Shown here in pieces: positions 1 through 7,215 of a stretch of DNA of 15,369 nt. The notes beneath the pieces are model-generated. The model was not told the origin of the DNA. It saw nothing but the letters and a program-made list of their open reading frames with translations, and ran no database searches. Within the stretch, counting starts at the first letter, position 1, and every line of letters begins with the position of its first letter. Source of the DNA: an uncultured bacterium (GTDB taxonomy: Bacteria > UBP7 > UBA6624); contig CAXGSM010000020.1 of the NCBI GenBank assembly GCA_964012435.1, positions 1 through 15,369 of the forward strand, given 5' to 3'. A program made the position numbers and the translations under genes.

Positions 1-470
1 GCTGATTCACAATGGGATTCAATTGTTTTTTTAGACCATAGTAAAAGATGTTCCTGCGAGATGTTTTCACTACTTTTTAAACTGCAATCCATTGATCTTA
101 ACAGGTCAACCAACCCCCCATCAAGATAAGAGAGATAGGGAATCTTGCCATCTTCACACCATTCCACATAAATGGTTTTTCCTGCAATCATTGATGTCAA
201 TGTTCTTTTCCAATCTTCAAAATTTTGATATTTTCTAATTTGCACATCAATGAATGCTAGACTTTTTGATTCGATTCCATTGACAACCATTTCTGCTTTT
301 CCTTTTTTTGGAATCCAGAGCGCCCATCGCCTGCTTAAAAACACATTATCTGGTAAAAACTTTCTAGCAATTGGATTGTGCGAATGGAAATCTGCAACAA
401 ACCATCCATCAACTGCATGGCTGGAAAGGTTGTTTTGAATTTCTTTAATCAATAAATCGAGTTGTTTCAT
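1..470 (-). CDS. M24-family metallopeptidase (Xaa-Pro aminopeptidase-like), N-terminal part; truncated by window edge
   Basis: Not in the ORF track because there is no stop in the window. Manual translation from ATG at 470 is open to base 1: MKQLDLLIKEIQNNLSSHAVDGWFVADFHSHNPIARKFLP...SRRWALWIPKKG...IPYLSYLDGGLVDLLRS...SSENISQ...W...ESH. The DGW..DF..NPIA, RRW..IP and IPYxSxxDxG motifs resemble the N-terminal domain of a bacterial M24 subfamily. The catalytic domain lies outside the window. Confidence 0.7.
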   Translation of the reverse strand, partial: MKQLDLLIKEIQNNLSSHAVDGWFVADFHSHNPIARKFLPDNVFLSRRWALWIPKKGKAEMVVNGIESKSLAFIDVQIRKYQNFEDWKRTLTSMIAGKTIYVEWCEDGKIPYLSYLDGGLVDLLRSMDCSLKSSENISQEHLLLWSKKTIESHCES

Positions 471-490
471 TGTGGAAAATTTTATACTAT
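462..490 (+). promoter_or_regulatory. Candidate sigma70 promoter for the PI-PLC-like gene, back-to-back with a minus-strand -10
   Basis: TTGTTT (462-467), 17 nt spacer, TACTAT (485-490), then ATG 8 nt later at 499. On the minus strand, TAAAAT (484-479) lies 8 nt before ATG 470. Only 28 nt separate the divergent starts. Confidence 0.5.
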
Positions 491-498
491 GGTAAGTT

Positions 499-1299
499 AT
501 GTTTTTTCTAATGATGCTGTTAATGAAACCATGTCTCGGAGATAATCAGTATTGTGACAAACGATACGACGAGCTTTCCTACCTTGTCACACATAATGCG
601 ATGTCGACATCAGAAGATAGATGGTTTTTTCCCAACCAAGGTCGAGGCCTCATTGCTCAGCTGAACGATGGCGTTAGGGGTTTGTCGTGGGATATCTACG
701 ATCATGATCAGGAGGTTTATCTCTGTCACGGTTATTGCTGGCTTGGAAAAAGGAAATTAATCCACGACCTTGTAGAACTCAAAGATTGGCTAGATGATAA
801 CCCCAGAGAGATAGTCTCAATTTTTTTTGAAAGTTATGTCGGGAAGAAGCCAGTTGTCGAGCTTTTTGAGCAGTCTGGGATGATTGATTACGTCCACCAT
901 CAAGCCCTTGAGCAAGATTGGCCATCCATAATCGACATGATCGACAGCGGAAAAAGGGTTGTTGTTTTTACTAGCCGAGAAGGCGGTTCTGATGACTGGT
1001 ATCATGATGCCTGGAGGTATGTTTGGGATACAGACTTTTCATACAAAAGCATCGATGACTTTTCATGCTCAAGACTAAGGGGCCCAAAAGATCTTTCAGG
1101 CCTTTACAGCATAAATCATTTTTTGACAAACCCACTTGCATCAAAAGCGCTTGCAAAAAAAGCAAACCCGTCTGTTTACGAAAGGGCTGAGAGCTGCTGG
1201 ATGGAGGCCGGACAAAGGCCTAATTTTATTTTTGTTGATTTTTATTCAGTCGGAAATACCTTGGATGCGGTAAGGAAATTAAATTCGTTACATTTTTAA
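499..1299 (+). CDS. PI-PLC X-domain / PLC-like phosphodiesterase, probably exported
   Basis: THNA motif (first catalytic His), NQ...QLNDGVRGL.WDIY, LCHG (second His), WLDDNPREIVSIFFE and C-terminal RPNFIFVDFY. It has a short hydrophobic N-terminus and 6 Cys. Confidence 0.8.
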   Translation: MFFLMMLLMKPCLGDNQYCDKRYDELSYLVTHNAMSTSEDRWFFPNQGRGLIAQLNDGVRGLSWDIYDHDQEVYLCHGYCWLGKRKLIHDLVELKDWLDDNPREIVSIFFESYVGKKPVVELFEQSGMIDYVHHQALEQDWPSIIDMIDSGKRVVVFTSREGGSDDWYHDAWRYVWDTDFSYKSIDDFSCSRLRGPKDLSGLYSINHFLTNPLASKALAKKANPSVYERAESCWMEAGQRPNFIFVDFYSVGNTLDAVRKLNSLHF

Positions 1300-1330
1300 A
1301 ACAATTTTGAATGCATGCAGCAAATACAAT
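1287..1330 (+). promoter_or_regulatory. Candidate direct-repeat operator (11-bp period) plus -10 element for the phoU-wHTH gene
   Basis: GTTACATTTTT (1287-1297) and AAAACAATTTT (1298-1308). TACAAT at 1325-1330 lies 7 nt before ATG 1338. There is no good -35 at 17 nt. Confidence 0.4.
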
Positions 1331-2273
1331 TGAGAAGATGATGACAGAGGAACGTAAAAACAAGGTTCATTTAAATGTTATCAGATTGGGTAAGCTGGTT
1401 GTTTTTGCGTTAAAAAAAGCTCTTAAGGGCAGCACCTTCAACACAGATGCTTTTCTTGCAAAATGCAGAGCAAGAGAGGCTGAAATCAACCTGTTAGAGA
1501 TGGAAATTGAACAGGATCTCCAGACTTTAATGAGGCCAGAGCTGGAAGATAAAGATTGTCGTCACTTTACAGCGTTATTAAAAATTAATAATGACCTTGA
1601 GAGGATTGGCGATTATGCCATGGCGATAGCTAAATATCTTGTTAATGTTGATATGTCAGAAACAGTGAAAATTGAATCCAAATTTAAAAAACTATCAAAA
1701 GCATCTACAGAGATGCTTGAAAGATCCGTTAAGGCGATAGAGCTTGAGGACATCAACCTAGCCAAACAGGTTATCCGTGATGACGATTATGTTGATAAAT
1801 TGAACAAGGCAATAATCAAGATTCTTTTAGGTAGTAAAAATCCAGATATGGCTTCAGTTGTTTCGCTGGTTAATTTATGCAGGAGACTGGAAAGGACAGC
1901 AGATCATGCAACAAACATAGCAGAAGATTTGGTTTTTTGGATAGAGGGTGATGTCTTGAGGCATCCCACAAAAAAAAGATCCTTTATGTTTGATGAGATT
2001 GAAATATATCCAAACAGTAGAGAGATTAAGATTTCAGAAAAGGTCCATCTTTCTAAAAGTGAATGGGAGATATTCATACACCTTATAGAAAGATCTCCAG
2101 ATGGTGTTTCTAGAGAGGATCTTATGAAAAATGCTTTAGGTTATGACTCTTCTGTTGAAACTCGAACCATCGATCAGCATGTGGTTAGGTTGCGAAAAAA
2201 ACTAGGCCACAAAAAAACACTTTTGAAATCTGTAGCTGGATTCGGTTACAAAGTGGTTAATTCAAAGAATTAA
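1311..2273 (+). CDS. PhoU-domain / OmpR-PhoB winged-helix (Trans_reg_C) fusion protein; true start probably ATG 1338 or 1341
   Basis: Residues ~10-218 contain two PhoU repeats (NDLERIGDYA; DDDYVD; RRLERTADHATNIAED). Residues ~225-316 form a wHTH (LSKSEWEIF, VSREDLM...GYD, TRTIDQHVVRLRKKL, SVAGFGY). There is no receiver domain. Confidence 0.85.
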   Translation: MHAANTIEKMMTEERKNKVHLNVIRLGKLVVFALKKALKGSTFNTDAFLAKCRAREAEINLLEMEIEQDLQTLMRPELEDKDCRHFTALLKINNDLERIGDYAMAIAKYLVNVDMSETVKIESKFKKLSKASTEMLERSVKAIELEDINLAKQVIRDDDYVDKLNKAIIKILLGSKNPDMASVVSLVNLCRRLERTADHATNIAEDLVFWIEGDVLRHPTKKRSFMFDEIEIYPNSREIKISEKVHLSKSEWEIFIHLIERSPDGVSREDLMKNALGYDSSVETRTIDQHVVRLRKKLGHKKTLLKSVAGFGYKVVNSKN

Positions 2274-2347
2274 AACAAATTTGTTACAAGTTTTTAAAAA
2301 ATCACAAAGAATACTATTTAAGATTTCAACTTAAATCTAAAAAGGAG
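2272..2347 (+). promoter_or_regulatory. Candidate pst promoter: Pho-box-like direct repeats, -10 and Shine-Dalgarno
   Basis: AAAACAAATTT (2272-2282) and GTTACAAGTTT (2283-2293), TACTAT (2312-2317), AAGGAG (2342-2347, 14 nt before the pstS ATG). This is the largest intergenic gap in the window (88 nt). Confidence 0.5.
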
Positions 2348-2361
2348 AATTTACCGCAAAA

Positions 2362-3246
2362 ATGAAATTTAAACTTTCAAGTTTTTTTATACTATTAGTT
2401 TTAGTAGTTACCAGTTGCGCAAGGCCGCAGGATTCTGAAGGAAATGCCGCAGGAAGAAGTTCCTCTGAAGGTGAGCAAAGTATCCAGGTAACAGGCTCCG
2501 ACACCATGGTTAACCTAGGCCAAGCATGGGCTGAGGAGTATACAAAAACGAACCCCAACGCATATATTGCTATTGGTGGTGGTGGCTCTGGTGTCGGAAT
2601 CGCTGCTCTGATGAATGGAACTGCTGATCTCGCAAATTCATCTAGAGCAATTAAGGATAGAGAAATCTCGAAGGCAAATGAACTTGGCTTCGGCATCAAG
2701 GAGTATATTGTTGGTTGGGACGGGCTTGCTGTTGTCGTTCACCCAGATAATCCAGTTAACGAATTGTCAATTTTGCAAATCGCAGAAATTTTTACTGCAA
2801 AAATTACAAATTGGAAAGAGGTTGGTGGTGATGATTTGGAGATTGTTTTGCTGTCACGAGAGGTGAATAGCGGAACACATGTTTACTTTAAAGAAAATGT
2901 CGTTGGGTCCTTGGGCAAAGGTACTGAATTTAGCGAAGAGGCGTTATTGATGCCAAGTAGCCAGGCACTTGCTGATGAAGTGACAAGTAATACTGGCGCA
3001 ATTGGTTATTACGGTATGGGTTATTTGTCACCATCGCAAAAGCCAATTAATGTATCTGTGGATGGGGTTACTTTTGTTTCACCAACTATAGAAAATGTTC
3101 TTAATAAAACATATCCAATTGCAAGACCCCTACACATGTTTTCAAGAGATAGCATTTCTGCAGCAGCACAGGCTTATATTGAGTGGATAATGGGAGAGGA
3201 AGGCCAGGCTGTTGTTGCGGAACAGGATTTTGTTCCCTTAAGCTGA
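2362..3246 (+). CDS. pstS: Phosphate ABC transporter substrate-binding lipoprotein
   Basis: Lipoprotein signal (MKFK...LVVTSC), GSDTM, GGGSGVG, ANSSR, DGLAVVVHPDNPV, REVNSGT and YPIARPL; first gene of the pst cluster. Confidence 0.95.
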   Translation: MKFKLSSFFILLVLVVTSCARPQDSEGNAAGRSSSEGEQSIQVTGSDTMVNLGQAWAEEYTKTNPNAYIAIGGGGSGVGIAALMNGTADLANSSRAIKDREISKANELGFGIKEYIVGWDGLAVVVHPDNPVNELSILQIAEIFTAKITNWKEVGGDDLEIVLLSREVNSGTHVYFKENVVGSLGKGTEFSEEALLMPSSQALADEVTSNTGAIGYYGMGYLSPSQKPINVSVDGVTFVSPTIENVLNKTYPIARPLHMFSRDSISAAAQAYIEWIMGEEGQAVVAEQDFVPLS

Positions 3247-3277
3247 CTTTAGCCTAATTTGATTAAGATTTGAGCTT

Positions 3278-4189
3278 GTGAAAAATATAAAATTAAAAAA
3301 GCATAAAACAGAGACTTTCAAACAGCCGTTGTCTGAAAAAATAACAGAGGCATGTTTACGTTTTGCAGCATGGCTATGCATCTTTTTTATTGCCTGCATT
3401 CTTTATTTTTTAGTAAAAGAAAGCGGCGGGGTTTTTTTCAGTGATATCTTTACTATTACAGGTAAATTTTGGAGACCAATCAGTGAACCTCCAGATTTTG
3501 GTGTTTGGGTATTGCTTGCAGGTAGCTTAGCAGTAACGTTAACAGCATCTTTAATCGCAGTGCCCCTGGGGATTTGTGCAGCTATTTTCATTGGTGAACT
3601 GCTGCCACAGAAATTTAGAGAATTTTTGAAAGTTATAGTTGAATTTCTAGCAGCAATACCTAGTGTTGTTATCGGTTTCTTGGGCATGATTATTCTTGCA
3701 CCATACATTAAGGAAACTTTTGACTTAAAAACAGGCTTAACGGCTTTTTCAGCAGCATTGATGCTTGCATGGATGGCAATGCCCACAATAGTCAGCTTAA
3801 CCGAAGACGCTCTCAGAAGTGTACCTGACACTTTAAGAGATGGCGCTCTTGCTCTTGGTGCCACCAAATGGCAAATGATCACAAGGGTGCTTTTGCCAAC
3901 AGCAAAACCAGGCATACTTGCCGCAGCAATGCTTGGTGTTGGAAGGGTTATAGGCGAAACAATGGCAGTTTTAATGATTAGTGGTAATTCTGCCAGGATA
4001 CCAAGTGGCATCATGGAGCCAGTCAGAACCCTCACTGCGACAATTGCTGCAGAAATGGGAGAAACAGTTAAGGGCGACGAGCATTATCAAGCCCTTTTTG
4101 GGCTGGGTGTTGTTTTGTTTATTATCACATTGTTAATTAATACTGCAGCAGATAGGTTTATTAATAAAAAATACACAGAAGAATCATGA
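3278..4189 (+). CDS. pstC: Phosphate ABC transporter permease PstC
   Basis: Multi-TM protein with EFLAAIPSVVIG, EAA-like loop DGALALGATKWQ, GRVIGETMAVLM and TLTATIAAEMGE. GTG start; directly after pstS. Confidence 0.93.
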   Translation: MKNIKLKKHKTETFKQPLSEKITEACLRFAAWLCIFFIACILYFLVKESGGVFFSDIFTITGKFWRPISEPPDFGVWVLLAGSLAVTLTASLIAVPLGICAAIFIGELLPQKFREFLKVIVEFLAAIPSVVIGFLGMIILAPYIKETFDLKTGLTAFSAALMLAWMAMPTIVSLTEDALRSVPDTLRDGALALGATKWQMITRVLLPTAKPGILAAAMLGVGRVIGETMAVLMISGNSARIPSGIMEPVRTLTATIAAEMGETVKGDEHYQALFGLGVVLFIITLLINTAADRFINKKYTEES

Positions 4190-5046
4190 ACTTTAGAAAA
4201 CAAAATCCAATCAACCAGCAAAAAAGAGCCACTTTCGGCTTAGGGCTCATAACGGCCATTGTGGTTATTCCGGTTTTATTGATACTGGGTGTTGTTTTTG
4301 TTAAGGGTATTTCAGTTATAGATTGGAACTTCCTGACAACCGAACCCACCAATGGTTTAAGAGAGGGTGGGGTTTTTCCAGCCATAGTTGGAACATTGAT
4401 CCTGGTTGTTGGAGCTGTGGTTTGGAGCGTGCCTTTTGGTGTGGCTACTGCAATTTATCTTGTTGAATATTCTCCAAGAAGCCGAGCAGCTAATTTGGTT
4501 AGGTTGGCAATCTTAAATTTAGCAGGGGTTCCCAGTGTTGTTTACGGGTTGTTTGGCTTGGGGGTATTTGTTATAGCCTTAAAATTTGGCGCAAGTATTT
4601 TAGCGGGAACCTTAACCCTTGCCCTAATGGGTTTACCAGTAATAGTCACATCAACTGCAGAAGCGTTAAAAGCTGTTCCTGATAGATTCAGAGAAGCAAG
4701 CTTGGCATTGGGCGCTAGCAAATGGCAAACAACCAGGCATGTTGTTCTTCCCAATTCCATACAGGGAATTTTGACCGGAATAATTTTAGAAATTAGCCGT
4801 GCTGGCGGAGAGACTGCACCAATTTTGTTTACCGTAGCAGCTTTTTATTTACCAAGATTGCCACAAAGTATTTTTGACCAAGTCATGGCACTCCCAATGC
4901 ACCTTTTCGCCATTTCAACACAGGTGCCTAATATAGGCTTGGATGTAAGGTACGCTGTTGCCTTAACATTGTTGTTTTTAGTTTTAGGCATCAATGCAGT
5001 CGCAATTTCCATAAGAGCAAAAATTAGGAAAAACAGAATATGGTAA
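4186..5046 (+). CDS. pstA: Phosphate ABC transporter permease PstA
   Basis: GGVFPAIVGT, NLAGVPSVVYGLFG, EASLALGASKWQT and RAGGETAPI; ATGA overlap with pstC. Confidence 0.93.
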   Translation: MNFRKQNPINQQKRATFGLGLITAIVVIPVLLILGVVFVKGISVIDWNFLTTEPTNGLREGGVFPAIVGTLILVVGAVVWSVPFGVATAIYLVEYSPRSRAANLVRLAILNLAGVPSVVYGLFGLGVFVIALKFGASILAGTLTLALMGLPVIVTSTAEALKAVPDRFREASLALGASKWQTTRHVVLPNSIQGILTGIILEISRAGGETAPILFTVAAFYLPRLPQSIFDQVMALPMHLFAISTQVPNIGLDVRYAVALTLLFLVLGINAVAISIRAKIRKNRIW

Positions 5047-5789
5047 AAGAAATCATCATTAAATCGTTATCGGTTTCATATGGAAAAAAACAGGCAATAA
5101 GCAACCTGTCTTTATCAGTTGAAAAAAATGAAATATTAGGAATCATTGGCCCCACTACTTCAGGAAAAACAACCTTACTTACAGTTTTAAACAGAATGAT
5201 TGACACAATACCGTCAGCTGTGATTTCTGGCAATGTTTCTATGGGTGATATTGATGTTTTAACAACACCAAACATCCATAGTCTTAGGAGGTCTGTTGGG
5301 ATGATTTTTGCCCTTCCGGTTGCTTTGCCCATGACTATTAGGGAAAATGTTGAATATGGCCCAAAAATGGCTGGAGAGGCAAAAGGAGAGTTGGAGACAA
5401 GGGTTGAAGAAAGTCTTGTGCAGGCTGGATTATGGGATGAGGTGCATGACAGGCTGGACACCCCAGCATTAAAGCTTTCAGGCGGCCAGCAACAAAGACT
5501 TTGCATCGCAAGGGCCTTAGCCCTAAAGCCAAAGGTTTTATTGCTCGATGAACCTTGCTCGGGTCTCGATCCAATTTCAACATCCAGAATAGAGGATACA
5601 TTGGGTCAATTAAAAAATGATATGACTATCATTTTGGTCACAAACAACCCTCATCAAGCTGCCCGTGTTGCTCATCGAACAGCTTTTATGCTTAAGGGTG
5701 AGCTTATCGAGCTTGCTGATACAGACACACTGTTCACAAATCCTGTAGACAATAGAACAAAAGAATACATTGAAGGTAAATTTGGATAA
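5040..5789 (+). CDS. pstB: Phosphate ABC transporter ATPase, copy 1 (variant Walker A, Q-loop and H-switch)
   Basis: GPTTSGKT, LNRM, LRRSVGMIFA, LWDEVHDRL, LSGGQQQRLCIARALA, LLLDEPCSGLDP, VTNN and TKEYIEGKFG. Confidence 0.88.
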   Translation: MVKEIIIKSLSVSYGKKQAISNLSLSVEKNEILGIIGPTTSGKTTLLTVLNRMIDTIPSAVISGNVSMGDIDVLTTPNIHSLRRSVGMIFALPVALPMTIRENVEYGPKMAGEAKGELETRVEESLVQAGLWDEVHDRLDTPALKLSGGQQQRLCIARALALKPKVLLLDEPCSGLDPISTSRIEDTLGQLKNDMTIILVTNNPHQAARVAHRTAFMLKGELIELADTDTLFTNPVDNRTKEYIEGKFG

Positions 5790-6553
5790 TGACAAAAACT
5801 CTAATTAAATCTGAAAAATTCAATTTGTGGTATGGTGACTTTCAAGCTTTAATTGATATAGATCTCGACATACCAGAAAATCAAGTTACAGCTGTTGTAG
5901 GGCCTTCAGGGTGTGGAAAAAGCACTTTTGTTCGTTGCATTAACAGGCTAAATGATCAAATAAACACAGTTAGCACCAAAGGTTCTATTTTTATTGATGG
6001 GACAGACATTTATCAACATACGGCTGATGAGGTTGTTGGACTTAGGCGATCTGTAGGGATGGTTTTTCAGAGACCTAACCCATTTCCGCTTTCTGTTTTT
6101 GAAAATGTTGCTTTTGGCTTAAAGACAAATCCCATGGTTCCTGATGGTCAAACCATAAAAAAGGAAGTTAACAAAGCGCTACAAGCAGTAGGGTTACTTG
6201 AGGATCTAGACGGTAACCTTACGAGACCGGGAACCAGTCTTTCTTTAGAGCAGCAGCAAAGATTATGTATTGCAAGATGTCTGCCGACAAGGCCAAAAAT
6301 ATTGCTTATGGATGAACCTTGTTCAGCATTAGATCCAAGCGATACCGATAAGGTAGAGGAGCTCATAAGGGAATTAAAGAAAGACTATACCGTTGTGATA
6401 GTGACCCACAACTTACAACAAGCTGGCAGGATTTCTGATCAATCTGTATTATTCCATTTGGGCAAAATTATTGAAACAGCACCAACAACGGATTTCTTCC
6501 AGAACCCAAAAGAAAAAAGAACAAGAGACTTTATTACAGGTCGATATGGCTAG
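5789..6553 (+). CDS. pstB: Phosphate ABC transporter ATPase, copy 2 (variant signature motif)
   Basis: GPSGCGKS, VGMVFQRPNPFP, LSLEQQQRLCIAR, LMDEPCSALDP, VTHNLQQA and TRDFITGRYG; TAATG overlap with copy 1. Confidence 0.9.
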   Translation: MTKTLIKSEKFNLWYGDFQALIDIDLDIPENQVTAVVGPSGCGKSTFVRCINRLNDQINTVSTKGSIFIDGTDIYQHTADEVVGLRRSVGMVFQRPNPFPLSVFENVAFGLKTNPMVPDGQTIKKEVNKALQAVGLLEDLDGNLTRPGTSLSLEQQQRLCIARCLPTRPKILLMDEPCSALDPSDTDKVEELIRELKKDYTVVIVTHNLQQAGRISDQSVLFHLGKIIETAPTTDFFQNPKEKRTRDFITGRYG

Positions 6554-6562
6554 GAGTTAAAT

Positions 6563-7210
6563 ATGACTAAAAGATTAACAAAACTTATTGATAAAATCAA
6601 AGTAAAAACCTTGGCAATGGCTCAAGATGTTTGCAACTCAATGGATGATGCAATGGAAGCAATTTTAAATTCTAGCGATGATAAATATCAAGCAATGAAA
6701 CAACGAGAAGATAATATTGATTCGCTAGAAGTTGAGATAGAAGAATCCATACTTGGCACCATTGCTGTCCATCAACCTGTTGCAGATGATTTAAGAATCC
6801 TTGCAGCAATGTTGAAGATTACAAACGACTTAGAAAGAATTGGTGATTATGCGATCAAGATTGCTCAAAGGGGCAAGGATATTGACGCTAACTTGATCAA
6901 GAGCATCAAAACCCCTTTGTCTAAATTGGGAACATCTTCAATCCAGATGATTAAAGATGCAGTACAGGCTTTAGACGCAGGAGATGCAGATTTAGCCCAG
7001 AAGGTTAGAGATGCTGATGACCAGGTTGATGACCTGAACAAATCCCTCATAAAGGAATTATCCAAAATCGATGATGATGACTTTGAGTCCTTGGTTGCAC
7101 TGGTTTCAATATCCAGAAGATTCGAAAGAGCTGCTGATCATGCAACAAACATAGCAGAGGATGTTTTGTTCTGGCTTGAAGGCAGGATATTCAGACACGG
7201 TGAAACCTAA
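6563..7210 (+). CDS. phoU: Phosphate signalling complex protein PhoU
   Basis: EDNIDSLE, QPVADDLR, NDLERIGDYA, DDQVD and ERAADHATNIAED; AGGAG Shine-Dalgarno; canonical position after pstB. Confidence 0.95.
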   Translation: MTKRLTKLIDKIKVKTLAMAQDVCNSMDDAMEAILNSSDDKYQAMKQREDNIDSLEVEIEESILGTIAVHQPVADDLRILAAMLKITNDLERIGDYAIKIAQRGKDIDANLIKSIKTPLSKLGTSSIQMIKDAVQALDAGDADLAQKVRDADDQVDDLNKSLIKELSKIDDDDFESLVALVSISRRFERAADHATNIAEDVLFWLEGRIFRHGET

Positions 7211-7215
7211 ACCAG

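Noticed and set aside
250..438. 62-aa plus-strand ORF
   Set aside because: It is antisense to the longer, motif-bearing M24-like frame (470 to <1).
2321..2338. AGATTT-N6-AAATCT hairpin before the pstS Shine-Dalgarno
   Set aside because: The 6-bp, nearly all-AT stem is too weak and expected by chance.
3403..4035. 210-aa minus-strand ORF
   Set aside because: It is a shadow of the hydrophobic pstC frame with no recognisable motifs.
5024..5506. 160-aa minus-strand ORF and other short antisense or nested ORFs throughout the track
   Set aside because: All lie within well-supported genes and show no family motifs.
5040..5789. pstB1 as a pseudogene
   Set aside because: It is full length, overlaps both neighbours, and keeps the signature and Walker B. 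The substitutions are confined to one composite site.
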